A DNA stretch of 64,000 nucleotides from Candidatus Omnitrophota bacterium (GTDB taxonomy: Bacteria > Omnitrophota > Gorgyraeia > Gygaellales > Profunditerraquicolaceae), in NCBI GenBank assembly GCA_028716965.1, contig JAQUOV010000002.1:2113-66112 (forward strand), read 5' to 3'. The position numbers were made by a program, and so were the translations under genes. The notes under the pieces are model-generated. The model was not told where the DNA came from, searched no databases, and saw nothing but the letters and a program-made list of their open reading frames with translations. Below are positions 10,211 through 19,919 of this stretch, one piece after another. Within the stretch, counting starts at the first letter, position 1; each line of letters opens with the position of its first letter.

Positions 10211-11245
10211 TCATCCTTCATCCTGAAAATAACAATTTACGATATTATTGCAACTCTTCTGACAACCTTTCATCAATTCTCTTGTTTTCTTCGCCTCTTC
10301 TGAAAACCATATATTCTTAATTTTACCATTCTTGATATTGCCTATCTGGCGCATAAAACAACATAAATGGACATGACCAATAACATTAATATTAAAGATA
10401 TACTCTCCAAAATTACAATTATGCACCCTGGCGAAAGAACCCGGGTTAGCATAATATCTCTTATATACTTCTAGCTGGGAAATAGGATTTAATACCTTGT
10501 ATCCTGCGCGCTTATAGGCAATAACTATATCTATTATCGAAGACAAGGAATCGGGATCTTTTGGCCAAAGTAAACCGTATTCTTCGTCTAAATACCATTT
10601 ATCAATACTTTCCGTCCTAAAAGGCTGCGCTAATGCGACCACTGCTATACCGTTAAAAAACTTATCATTATTCACCCATTCCACAAGATCCTTTAGCCCC
10701 TTGGCATTTTGATGAGTGAGCACGGTATTTATATGGACTGTTCCTTTTTGCCAATATCTTTTTAAATATTTGACCGCCTTCATCAGGCGCATGTACGAGC
10801 CTTGAGTTCCGGTAATAAAATCATGGACATCTGCATCAAGGCTATCCAGTGATATGCTCAACCTGCTTAATCCTGCCATGGCCAACCTTTTTGCCATTGC
10901 CTTATCAATTAAGGTAGCATTAGTAGCTATAGCCGGCTTAAATCCTAACTCAGCGCAAAAGGAAATCAAATCAAGTACGCCTTTCTTTAATAGCGGCTCC
11001 CCTCCGCCCAAATTTACTTCTAATGGCATGGTATCAAATTCTTTTAGAGAAACAAAAAAATCTTTATATTCTTCTATGCTGACCTCATTCTCGGTGCCAT
11101 TTTTCCAAAATCGGCATTTTCTGCATTTTAAATTGCATCTTTCAGTAATAAGTACATCGCAAAATAAAGGGTTTAAAGAACCGCCACTCAATCCTTCTTT
11201 TTGGTTCTTAAGCTGAGTATAAATTGAATCTTGGGCACCGCTCAT
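10211..11245 (-). CDS. Radical SAM/SPASM-domain protein, tandem-array paralog
   Basis: CNLKCRKC, GGGEPLLKKG, and C-terminal CNFGEY...LCCFMRQIGNIKN...CQKSCNNIVNCYF. Confidence 0.75.
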   Translation of the reverse strand: MSGAQDSIYTQLKNQKEGLSGGSLNPLFCDVLITERCNLKCRKCRFWKNGTENEVSIEEYKDFFVSLKEFDTMPLEVNLGGGEPLLKKGVLDLISFCAELGFKPAIATNATLIDKAMAKRLAMAGLSRLSISLDSLDADVHDFITGTQGSYMRLMKAVKYLKRYWQKGTVHINTVLTHQNAKGLKDLVEWVNNDKFFNGIAVVALAQPFRTESIDKWYLDEEYGLLWPKDPDSLSSIIDIVIAYKRAGYKVLNPISQLEVYKRYYANPGSFARVHNCNFGEYIFNINVIGHVHLCCFMRQIGNIKNGKIKNIWFSEEAKKTRELMKGCQKSCNNIVNCYFQDEG

Positions 11246-12225
11246 TTTTCCTCTTCTTCTTTAAAAAAACAGTTTACCATGTTGTTACAGTTAAGCTGGC
11301 AGCAATGCATAGCATCCCTGGATTCCCGAGCTGCTGCTGAATTCCATAATTCCTTTATATTGTCATTTTTAATGTTGCCTATTGGTTTCATAAAACAACA
11401 TAATGAAATATCTCCTTGCGGATTCACATTAATTACATAATCACCTGCGTAACAAGGGGCTTTCCGCGCGCGCTTCGAAGGGTCATTAAAGTAAGTTTTG
11501 AAAATCTCTAATTGCAAAGGAAAATTATGTATGGGGTAGCCTTGGTTTCTTAATCTGATTAGTGCATCCAGCGCAGAATGTACTTCTTGGATCTTCTCCG
11601 GCCACAATAATTGATAAGCGGGATTCAAGTACCAGTCATCACCGGCTTGGGAGAAAAAAGGCTTTGCTATCGCCTGGAAGTATACTCCGCTTAAGAAGCT
11701 GTTATTTTTAATCCAAACAGATAGTTCCCCTATTTCTTTGTAATTTACCCCCGAAATAACAGTAATGATACCCACTCTTAAATCGGGACAAAATCTTTGC
11801 AAATTATCAAAAGCTTTCATTACCCTATCATAGGAGCCCTTAGTCCCTCTTAAGAAATCATGGGTATCAGGATTAATGCTATCCAATGAGATAAACATCT
11901 CCTTTAATCCGGAATCAGCAATCCTTTTAGCCATCTCTTCATCTATAAGATAACCATTGGAAGGCATAAGCGTTTTAAATCCTTTGTCGGTCCCGAACCT
12001 GACAAGTTCAAGTATATCTTTCTTTAATAAGGGCTCTCCGCCGCTAAAAACTATTTCTTTGGAACCATCCAAAACACCTTCCAAGCTATCAATGAAAGAC
12101 TTCCAGTCTTCTGTAGTAATGCTACTTGCCTGAGCAGGTGATTTCCACATCTCGCACATTCTGCATTTTAAGATACACTGAGTTAAAAGTACTATTGAGC
12201 AGGAAGATGGCCTTCTCGTAAGCAT
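11242..12225 (-). CDS. Radical SAM/SPASM-domain protein, tandem-array paralog
   Basis: CILKCRMC, SGGEPLLKKD, and C-terminal CYAGDY...LCCFMKPIGNIKN...CQLNCNNMVNCFF. 4-bp ATGA overlap with the downstream gene. Confidence 0.75.
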   Translation of the reverse strand: MLTRRPSSCSIVLLTQCILKCRMCEMWKSPAQASSITTEDWKSFIDSLEGVLDGSKEIVFSGGEPLLKKDILELVRFGTDKGFKTLMPSNGYLIDEEMAKRIADSGLKEMFISLDSINPDTHDFLRGTKGSYDRVMKAFDNLQRFCPDLRVGIITVISGVNYKEIGELSVWIKNNSFLSGVYFQAIAKPFFSQAGDDWYLNPAYQLLWPEKIQEVHSALDALIRLRNQGYPIHNFPLQLEIFKTYFNDPSKRARKAPCYAGDYVINVNPQGDISLCCFMKPIGNIKNDNIKELWNSAAARESRDAMHCCQLNCNNMVNCFFKEEEEK

Positions 12226-12231
12226 CTTTCT

Positions 12232-13206
12232 TTATTCTCCATAATAACAATTGACCACTAATTCACAGTTATTCTTGCATCTCAACATTTTCTCCCTAAT
12301 ACTGCCGGCCCTGGCCGAAGACCATAAACGCGTAATATCCCCGTCCCTGACATTACCTAATTTATCCAGGAAGAAACATAAATATATATCTCCTACCGCA
12401 TTCACATTTATCGCTTGATAAGCAAGATTACACTTATTTGTTTTAATAAATCCGGCGGGGTTACGAAAATATGATTTAAAGTCTTCAAGCTGCTTCACGG
12501 AGTTTTGTAGTTTACTGCTTTTACTTTTTAGTCTAATCAAAGAATCAATGCCCCGGTCTAACTTATCTGCGTCAGAAGGCCAAAGGGATTCATATTCCTT
12601 TTTCTTAAACCATTCCCAGTCTACCTCTGCCCCAAATGGCCTCATCAGTGCCATAAAATATATGTAATCAAGCTTATGATTGCCTATAACCCATTCAGTA
12701 AGCGCAGACAAACCATCTAGATTGTAAGCGGAGATAACGGTGTTAATGCCCAACTTCAATCTTTCGCCTTTAAATTTGCTCAGATATTCGATTGCCCTCA
12801 TCAGGCGCTGAAAACTATCCTGCCTGCCTCTTAAATAATTATGTACTTCAGGGACAAGGCTGTCCAGCGACAAATTCAACAAACTTAATCCGGATTCAAC
12901 CAATGCATGGGCCATAGGCTCATCAATCGTGTAACCACAAGAAGTTATCACTGAACGCCAACCTTTGCGGCTGATATGTTTAACCAACTCACATATATCT
13001 TTCTTTATTAAAGATTCCCCGCCTATAATGTGTATTTCAAATTGCTCCTGCCTGAATTGCTCAAGGGAATCAACGAATCTCTTACAATCATCAACGCTAA
13101 TCTCATTTTCCTGTGTATTAAGTTGCCATAGATTACACATCTTGCAGCGCAATATACAACTATTGGTGACTGTCAAAAGGCAGGTTTTTGGGTTCTGGAT
13201 CTTCAT
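12232..13206 (-). CDS. Radical SAM/SPASM-domain protein, tandem-array paralog (start moved to the internal ATG)
   Basis: CILRCKMC, GGESLIKKD, and C-terminal CNLAYQ...LCFFLDKLGNVRD...CKNNCELVVNCYY. The ORF-track start at 13239 is a TTG that overlaps the upstream gene by 32 bp. The ATG at M12 (13206) removes the overlap and matches the N-terminal length of the paralogs. Confidence 0.7.
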   Translation of the reverse strand: MKIQNPKTCLLTVTNSCILRCKMCNLWQLNTQENEISVDDCKRFVDSLEQFRQEQFEIHIIGGESLIKKDICELVKHISRKGWRSVITSCGYTIDEPMAHALVESGLSLLNLSLDSLVPEVHNYLRGRQDSFQRLMRAIEYLSKFKGERLKLGINTVISAYNLDGLSALTEWVIGNHKLDYIYFMALMRPFGAEVDWEWFKKKEYESLWPSDADKLDRGIDSLIRLKSKSSKLQNSVKQLEDFKSYFRNPAGFIKTNKCNLAYQAINVNAVGDIYLCFFLDKLGNVRDGDITRLWSSARAGSIREKMLRCKNNCELVVNCYYGE

Positions 13207-13207
13207 G

Positions 13208-14290
13208 TTATCCCTGTATATTATCGGTAATATTTTCAATCTTATAAAAACAATTTACTACTGTATCGCAATCTTTTTTACAGGTATTTATTTCATTCCT
13301 GGCCTTTTCCATGCTTTTTGAAAACCATATTTGAGAAAATTTCTTTTCGCGGATATTGCCCAACGGCGCCATGCCAAAACACATATTTATATCGCCGTAC
13401 GCGTTTATTTCCGGAGCAAGATCGCCCCGGGGACACTTAATCTTTTCCTCGTGGATAAACCGGTGAGGATTCCTAAAATACTCCTTTACTAACCTTAATT
13501 GTTCAGGAGGATTGCAGATTTTATATCCTCTCTCCTTTAATATAGCGAGTTCTTCTAAAATAGCGGATACCTTCTTTATATCACGCGGCCAGATTTCATT
13601 ATAGTCCTTGTTAAGAAACCAATCCTGTTGATAATTTTCGCAGTCAAACGGCTGCAAGCAGGCATTTAGAAACAGGTCATTTATTTTCCCGTTGTTTTGC
13701 GCCCACTCAACAAGCGGTAAAATTTCATCTAGATTCTTCTCCATCATTGTCATGGTAACACCAATACTCAGCCTCTCAGCTTTATCTTCTCCCCTGTATT
13801 TATCTAATAAATCGATTGCTTCCATTACTTTTCGATGGCTACCCTTAATCCCTCTTAAATAGTCGTGGGTTTCCTCTTTGATTCCGTCCAAAGAAAGAAA
13901 TATGCCCTTAAGACCAGCCTGAACAATACGCTGTGACATTAATTCATCAATATAAAAACCATTCGTGGTGATAGAGCTATTAAATCCGCTCCCTTTGATG
14001 TACGAGATAATCTCCATGAGATCTTTTCTTAATAAGGCTTCCCCTCCGATCAAATGAATAAAAATAGGCTTGGAGGCGACCTTCTTAAAATCATCCACAA
14101 AATATTTTATTTCTTTCAAAGAGAGTTCTTTTCTTTCCGGAGATTTCTGTCTATTTTTCCACATATTGCACATTTTACATTTAAAGTTACATTTCTTTGA
14201 AACTACTAAAAGACAAAAAACCGGCTCTGGGACATCCTTCAAAGGAGTGCTTTTAAATAATGCTTTCCTTACAAATGATAGCATATTCAT
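13208..14290 (-). CDS. Radical SAM/SPASM-domain protein, tandem-array paralog
   Basis: CNFKCKMC, IGGEALLRKD, and C-terminal CPRGDL...MCFGMAPLGNIRE...CKKDCDTVVNCFY. Confidence 0.75.
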   Translation of the reverse strand: MNMLSFVRKALFKSTPLKDVPEPVFCLLVVSKKCNFKCKMCNMWKNRQKSPERKELSLKEIKYFVDDFKKVASKPIFIHLIGGEALLRKDLMEIISYIKGSGFNSSITTNGFYIDELMSQRIVQAGLKGIFLSLDGIKEETHDYLRGIKGSHRKVMEAIDLLDKYRGEDKAERLSIGVTMTMMEKNLDEILPLVEWAQNNGKINDLFLNACLQPFDCENYQQDWFLNKDYNEIWPRDIKKVSAILEELAILKERGYKICNPPEQLRLVKEYFRNPHRFIHEEKIKCPRGDLAPEINAYGDINMCFGMAPLGNIREKKFSQIWFSKSMEKARNEINTCKKDCDTVVNCFYKIENITDNIQG

Positions 14291-14300
14291 AACTATTGGC

Positions 14301-15338
14301 CTAAAAAGTGGGCTTATTCAACACAGGTTTATCTTTAAAAGGTAACTCATCTTCATAGAAACAATTAATCATAATATGACAATTTTTCTTACAACCATAT
14401 ACCTCTTTTCTTGTTTCTTGTGTTTTAACTGAATCCCACAATACAGCAAGATTATCGGTTTTAATATTCCCGATCCCCTCAGTCAAACAACAAAAGAAAA
14501 TCTTTCCATATGGATCTACGTGAAATTCATAATCGCCGAGATTACATTTTATTTTCTTTAGAAATATGTTCGGTTCAGCAAAATATTCATTAAAATGCAG
14601 GAAATGATTTTGATGGTTTCCAATTTTATATCCGCTAGCCTTCATTTTTTTTAAGCATCTCATAACTTTTGAAACTTTCTTCAAATCGTCGGGCCAAAGG
14701 AATCTGTTTTTGTCGTTCTTAAACCAGTCCCTATCCATCTCTTGGCAAAAAGGCTGCGTTACTGCCTGAAAGCTGATCATCTCTATTTTTCTGTTTCTTT
14801 GTGTCCATTTCGCAAGCTTTAAGATCTCATTCAGGTTAGTTTTCATTATTGTCGTAAGGATCGCTATCTTTAATTTACTGCCCTTGCGATACTTGTCTAA
14901 ATACTCTATGGCCTTGATTATCCTTCTAAAGCTACCCTTTACTCCTCTTATAAAATCGTGCGTTTGCGACCGTATACCATCCAACGATAAAGTGAGAGTA
15001 CCCAACTTTGAGTTAACGATCTCCTTTGCCATTAGTTCATCTATAAGGAAGCCATTAGTCACTATATTTGTCCTGTAACCTTCTCCTGAAATAAAATTAA
15101 CCAGCTCCAATACCCCCTCAGACATCAACGGTTCTCCTCCCGACAAATGAAACTCAAAATCCGTATCAACGAAGCCACGCAGAGATCGCACAAAATTCTT
15201 TTTTTGCTGCATAGTAGTCTGTGTATTATAATCATCCTTTATATTCCAGATATTGCACATCTTGCATCTAAACATGCAGCGGTAATTAATCACCCAGCAG
15301 CAAAAACGGGGCTTAAGTAGAGGATTATAGCTATCCAT
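14301..15338 (-). CDS. Radical SAM/SPASM-domain protein, tandem-array paralog
   Basis: CMFRCKMC, SGGEPLMSEG, and C-terminal CNLGDYEF...FCCLTEGIGNIKT...CKKNCHIMINCFY. Confidence 0.75.
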   Translation of the reverse strand: MDSYNPLLKPRFCCWVINYRCMFRCKMCNIWNIKDDYNTQTTMQQKKNFVRSLRGFVDTDFEFHLSGGEPLMSEGVLELVNFISGEGYRTNIVTNGFLIDELMAKEIVNSKLGTLTLSLDGIRSQTHDFIRGVKGSFRRIIKAIEYLDKYRKGSKLKIAILTTIMKTNLNEILKLAKWTQRNRKIEMISFQAVTQPFCQEMDRDWFKNDKNRFLWPDDLKKVSKVMRCLKKMKASGYKIGNHQNHFLHFNEYFAEPNIFLKKIKCNLGDYEFHVDPYGKIFFCCLTEGIGNIKTDNLAVLWDSVKTQETRKEVYGCKKNCHIMINCFYEDELPFKDKPVLNKPTF

Positions 15339-15348
15339 AATTTAAAAT

Positions 15349-16347
15349 TCAGGTTGAATATAGAGACTGGTCGTCTTCTATATAACAACAATTGAGCAAT
15401 AAGTGGCAATTTGTTTTACAGTCATTTACTTTATTCCTAATGGCCGCAGCATCCTGTGAATACCATAACTCCCTGATATCGTTATCTCTTATATTGCCGA
15501 TAAAATCTTTAAAAAGACAGAGCTGTATAAAACCATATGCATTAACGCTTATCGCTTTGCCGCCTACAATACACTTGGCTCTATTGACAAACTTCTGAGG
15601 ATTGTTAAAGTAGGCTTTGTAAGCCCTTAAATGCTCAACCCGATTACTTATCTTTGAACCGTTTTGCTTTCGCCTTATCAATTCCTCAATAACAGAAAGT
15701 ACTTTGTTTTTATCTTTCGGCCAAAGATATTGGTATTCATCCTGCCAGTTATCCGTTAAGGGCCCACTGTAGTTAGGTTGAACAACTACCATAAAATACA
15801 GCCAATCAACTAAATCATTTTCTTCAGCCCACCCGGTCAAAGTAAGCAAATCCTCAATATTCTCATTCATGATGATGCAGCAAATTCCTTTCTTCGTATT
15901 ACGGGAGTACCTGCTTAAGTTATCTAAAGCTTCCATGAGGCGCTGATAAACACCGCTTTTACCCCGGATCCTATCGTGTACTTCCGGACGAAAACTATCA
16001 AGAGAGAGGCTTATCGCATCAAGACCGGAATTGCCGATTTTTTTTGCCATTTCCTTATCGATAAGATATCCGTTTGAGGCTACCGTAGTTCTGAATCCTT
16101 TTTGTTTAGCAAATTTTATTAAATCCAAAATCCCGGGCATAGAAAGCGCCTCGCCTCCCCCAAAATCCAATTCAAAATCTTTATCAACTAATTCACGGAA
16201 TCCGCTGATAAAATTCTTCCATTCTTCCAACGAAGGCAACTCTTCTTTTTTCGGAAGGGGCTCCTGCCATTTATTACACATTTTACAGCGCAACATGCAA
16301 AAATCAGTAGCTGCAATACAGCAAAATTTAGGTTTTATATCATTCAT
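15349..16347 (-). CDS. Radical SAM/SPASM-domain protein, tandem-array paralog (start moved to the internal ATG)
   Basis: CMLRCKMC, GGGEALSMPG, and C-terminal CIVGGK...LCLFKDFIGNIRD...CKTNCHLLLNCCY. The track start at 16440 would overlap the upstream gene by 83 bp. The ATG at M32 (16347) is preceded by AAGGAG and gives the N-terminal length seen in the paralogs. Confidence 0.7.
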   Translation of the reverse strand: MNDIKPKFCCIAATDFCMLRCKMCNKWQEPLPKKEELPSLEEWKNFISGFRELVDKDFELDFGGGEALSMPGILDLIKFAKQKGFRTTVASNGYLIDKEMAKKIGNSGLDAISLSLDSFRPEVHDRIRGKSGVYQRLMEALDNLSRYSRNTKKGICCIIMNENIEDLLTLTGWAEENDLVDWLYFMVVVQPNYSGPLTDNWQDEYQYLWPKDKNKVLSVIEELIRRKQNGSKISNRVEHLRAYKAYFNNPQKFVNRAKCIVGGKAISVNAYGFIQLCLFKDFIGNIRDNDIRELWYSQDAAAIRNKVNDCKTNCHLLLNCCYIEDDQSLYST

Positions 16348-16357
16348 ACATATCTCC

Positions 16358-17401
16358 TTATTTAGTGATAAAAGGATAATCCCCTTCAAAAAAGCAATTA
16401 AGTAAAAAGTGGCAATTATCCTGACATTTTCTGATATCATTTCTGGCTAGCTCTGCTTTTTCAGAATGCCAAATTCTCCCTATATCGTCACCGTTCTTGA
16501 TATTTCCTAAAAGCGCATATCGAAAGCACAAAAATATATCCCCTATCGAACTAACGTGTATTGCCCGGTCCAGATTGCAGGGATTCTTCTTGACGAACCG
16601 GGAAGGGTTATTAAAATAAGCCTTGAATGCTTCCAACTGCTCTACAGAGTTTCCTATCCAGTGCCCTAATTTTCTGCGTCTTATTAACTCATCAATAATT
16701 TCATTGGTTTTTTTAAGATCCTTGGGCCAAAAATAATCATATTTATTTTTATACCACTCTTCGTCAAATTCCGTATTATTCGGTTGCATTGCTGCCATAA
16801 ATAAAATAGAGTTAGTCATATCTCTGTTGCTATTCACCCATTCCGCTAAATGCAGCAGTCCACCAACGGTCTGCTCCATGATAATACTGCAAATTCCCAC
16901 ATGGATAGTCTTTGAATAATGTCTGATATATTTAATGGCATTCAATACCCGCTGCGCGACACCCTCTACCCCCCGCATAGAGTCATGAATTTCCGGCAGA
17001 AGGCTGTCCAGCGACAGGATAATACTGTCTAAGCCTGAATTCACTATTTTTTGGGCCATTTTCTCATCAATAAGGAAACCATTTGAAGCAATAGTAGTCT
17101 TAAAACCTAAGCTTTTAGAATAAGAAATTAATTCAAAGATATCCTCTTTCATTAAGGCTTCCCCGCCGCCGAAATCAATTTCAAACCCTGGGTCAACCAC
17201 ATCCCTTAATTGCTTAATAAATCTCTTCCATTCTTCGGTAGCAGGCTGGGGGATTCCCATCGTTCCGGCATCTTCCTTCCATTTCTGGCACATTTGACAT
17301 TTTAACATGCAACTGTCCACAATACCGATACAACAAAAACCTGGTTTTGCAATTTCCGGTTTTACGCTTGCGCTCTTATTCTTTTCTAACATATCATCCA
17401 T
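16358..17401 (-). CDS. Radical SAM/SPASM-domain protein, tandem-array paralog
   Basis: CMLKCQMC, GGGEALMKED, and C-terminal CNLDRA...LCFRYALLGNIKN...CQDNCHFLLNCFF. Confidence 0.75.
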   Translation of the reverse strand: MDDMLEKNKSASVKPEIAKPGFCCIGIVDSCMLKCQMCQKWKEDAGTMGIPQPATEEWKRFIKQLRDVVDPGFEIDFGGGEALMKEDIFELISYSKSLGFKTTIASNGFLIDEKMAQKIVNSGLDSIILSLDSLLPEIHDSMRGVEGVAQRVLNAIKYIRHYSKTIHVGICSIIMEQTVGGLLHLAEWVNSNRDMTNSILFMAAMQPNNTEFDEEWYKNKYDYFWPKDLKKTNEIIDELIRRRKLGHWIGNSVEQLEAFKAYFNNPSRFVKKNPCNLDRAIHVSSIGDIFLCFRYALLGNIKNGDDIGRIWHSEKAELARNDIRKCQDNCHFLLNCFFEGDYPFITK

Positions 17402-17423
17402 AACTTTTCCTTTATTTAAATTT

Positions 17424-18455
17424 CTATTCTATGGTAAAGGGGTAATCGCCCTTGAAATAGCAATTAAGCAAGAAATGGCAATTGTTTTTGCAATTTCCAA
17501 TATCCTCTCGGACTTGCGCCGCATTATCAGAACTCCAAAGTTGCGCGATATCATCCGTTTTAATATTCCCTAATTTTCCCCAATGATAGCAGAGGAATAT
17601 GTCGCCGCAGGAACTGATGTGCAATGCAGAGCCCATATTGCATTTTGTGGATTTCACAAAACGTTCAGGAAATTGATAGTATAATTTGAACGCCTCCAGC
17701 TGACAAACCTGATTCGTTATTTTAGAGTTATTTTTCTTTAGTTTTATAAGTTCATCTATAACCACGCATGCCCTTAGGGGGTCTTTCGGCCAAAGGCAAT
17801 CAAACTCTTCTTTTAAGTACCATTGTGCATCTAAAACTGTATTATTCGGCTGCATTGCTGCCATAAAATATACTGAATTCAATCTTTTATCGTTATCTAC
17901 CCATTCTGCAAGCTTAACTACATCTTCAATGTTTTTATCATATATCACAGAACATATTCCTTTATAAAGCTCACTGCAGGATTTATCCAGGGAACTTATG
18001 GCGCCCATTACTGCCCTATACACACCCTTGACTCCTCTTAAATAATCATGCGTGTCTTCTTGCAAGCTATCTAAGGATAAAATAATACTATCCAATCTTG
18101 AATCGGAGATTTTTTTTACAGTATTTTCGTCAATCAGATAACCGTTCGTTGCGATATTAACGTCCAACCTCTTCGATTTGCAAAAACTTACAAGTTCCCA
18201 AAGCCCCTCCTTCAATAGCGGCTCACCTCCGCCGAAATTTATTTGGATTGGCTTATCGGTTATCTTCTTTAAAGAATTCACGCAACGCTTCCAATCTTCC
18301 AGCGTAGGAGCACCTGTCCTATCTTTAATAAAAATGTCTTCCTTCCATTTCCGGCACATCTTGCATTTCAAAATACAATCATCTATAATGCCAAAACATA
18401 TAAAATCGGGCTTCACTTTCTGCTTTTCCCTTTTTCTAGAAATAATGGTTTTCAT
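17424..18455 (-). CDS. Radical SAM/SPASM-domain protein, tandem-array paralog (first gene of the array)
   Basis: CILKCKMC, GGGEPLLKEG, and C-terminal CNMGSA...LCYHWGKLGNIKT...CKNNCHFLLNCYF. A 167-bp non-coding region lies upstream (18456-18622). Confidence 0.75.
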   Translation of the reverse strand: MKTIISRKREKQKVKPDFICFGIIDDCILKCKMCRKWKEDIFIKDRTGAPTLEDWKRCVNSLKKITDKPIQINFGGGEPLLKEGLWELVSFCKSKRLDVNIATNGYLIDENTVKKISDSRLDSIILSLDSLQEDTHDYLRGVKGVYRAVMGAISSLDKSCSELYKGICSVIYDKNIEDVVKLAEWVDNDKRLNSVYFMAAMQPNNTVLDAQWYLKEEFDCLWPKDPLRACVVIDELIKLKKNNSKITNQVCQLEAFKLYYQFPERFVKSTKCNMGSALHISSCGDIFLCYHWGKLGNIKTDDIAQLWSSDNAAQVREDIGNCKNNCHFLLNCYFKGDYPFTIE

Positions 18456-18622
18456 TATCTACTGAATTTTCTCCAATCTATTCCCTTGCTTATGCATATA
18501 TTACGCCACGCTATATATTTAAACCCTCGCTTAAGCGCGTAGAAAAAACCGCCTGTTTTATTATGCTTCATGAATTTCTGCCAGAGTGTTTCTGCCATAT
18601 TCTGCCTCCTTTATCAAACCGT

Positions 18623-19852
18623 TCAGGTTGCTCTTACGGTTTTCAGAAAATGCGCAACCTCTCCAAGGATATGTTTCTTGAACCTGCCCAGCTTTACAAT
18701 CTTTTTGTGCATCTCCATCGTATGCCCAATATTATCACAACTCTTGTAACAACCCATAGTTACATCGGGATCATTGCCTATAAGAGAAAAAAGATTACCG
18801 GTTTTTTTAACCTTTGAGGTCTTTTCTCTAAAATACTGCTGCAACGCGCTATTCCAAATTTTACTGAATTTATCTTTATGAATATTGCCAACGGGAAAAC
18901 GGTGTGACTTAAGGCATGAATTTACGCTACCATCAGCCAATACCCTAACAAATGCCCATCCCACATAACAAGGCAATTTATCAATTATATCTGAATCGTA
19001 ATGTGCTGATTTTGCATCGGCATTCTCAACTCTACGGATAAATTGTTCGAAATTTAATATATTTGTTTTTTCTCTATTCATCCCAAATCCATATGCCAGT
19101 TTTAATTTCTTACATCGTTGCAATAAGTCGTACCTGTCTTTTTCACTTAGAAGCAACGTATCGGTCTTACCGGGTATAGTATCTATAACAGTAAACTCTA
19201 TTGATTCGGAGTTTGTTAAATCCCTGAGTTCCATCATATGCTCTATATCATGGTAGTTCAAATTAAAAATAACGTTATAGAGCTTTACTATTGGATATTT
19301 CTTCTTTTCCCTGTTTAAAAATACAAGCATTTCTTTTATCTTGTTGAAAGTCTTTTCATTTTTATTCGGATGTACAAGAGCGTATATACCCGCAGAACCT
19401 GCCCAGACACTGACAGTAAGATGATCGATTTTTAAATGAGTAAGTTTCTTTACTATCTTCTCATCCACTAAAGTAAAATTAGTATTTACATAACAAGTAA
19501 ACCCCTTTTTTTTAGTATAAGCAAGAATATCCATAATCTGGGGGTGCATAAATGGTTCTCCCCCACCGGCATAATAAATACTGGTTGTGCCCATACTGCA
19601 CAATTCATCCAACAACCCGATAATCTTTCCAAAGGGGATAGTTTGCCTTTTTGTCTCCGGTAATATTTTCTTTTCTCCCAAGAGAGGCGAATTACACCAA
19701 CACCCTATACAATCATTATTGCAATTATTGGTAAGGTCTATCTGAACAACATTTGGACCTTTATAGGCAAACGTACCATCTAAGATCCCTACAATATCTA
19801 AATAATCTGCGAAAATCTTTTTAAAATTTAAATAGCGCATATAATTTATCAA
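18623..19852 (-). CDS. Radical SAM/SPASM-domain protein from a different subfamily than the array
   Basis: NCNNDCIGCW (CxxxCxxC) and C-terminal CYVGWAF...SCLKSHRFPVGNI...CYKSCDNIGH. The track start is a TTG; the first ATG is at 19840. Confidence 0.6.
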   Translation of the reverse strand: MINYMRYLNFKKIFADYLDIVGILDGTFAYKGPNVVQIDLTNNCNNDCIGCWCNSPLLGEKKILPETKRQTIPFGKIIGLLDELCSMGTTSIYYAGGGEPFMHPQIMDILAYTKKKGFTCYVNTNFTLVDEKIVKKLTHLKIDHLTVSVWAGSAGIYALVHPNKNEKTFNKIKEMLVFLNREKKKYPIVKLYNVIFNLNYHDIEHMMELRDLTNSESIEFTVIDTIPGKTDTLLLSEKDRYDLLQRCKKLKLAYGFGMNREKTNILNFEQFIRRVENADAKSAHYDSDIIDKLPCYVGWAFVRVLADGSVNSCLKSHRFPVGNIHKDKFSKIWNSALQQYFREKTSKVKKTGNLFSLIGNDPDVTMGCYKSCDNIGHTMEMHKKIVKLGRFKKHILGEVAHFLKTVRAT

Positions 19853-19919
19853 TTACAATAATATTTTACACTATCTATACTGATATTGCCTTATAGTTCA
19901 GGTATAAAAAATAGGTTCT

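Noticed and set aside
5758-18455. Hypothesis that the SPASM array forms a RiPP maturase cluster modifying a ribosomal peptide
   Set aside because: I found no small precursor-like ORF, leader-peptide gene, RiPP recognition element, peptidase or peptide exporter in or next to the array. The surrounding genes are uniformly glycan-type (Wzm/Wzt, GTs, sugar aminotransferases, carbamoyltransferases). ORFs under 60 aa were not in the supplied track, and I could only scan intergenic regions by eye, so a short precursor cannot be fully excluded.
8216-18455. Possibility that the locus is archaeal, given the anaerobic, rSAM-rich content
   Set aside because: Checked starts have canonical bacterial Shine-Dalgarno sequences (AAGGA, AAGGAG, GAAGGATG) at 5-10 nt, and a sigma70-like -35/-10 pair exists. 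Wzm/Wzt, EamA and TauE context is typically bacterial. This is not decisive without phylogenetic placement.
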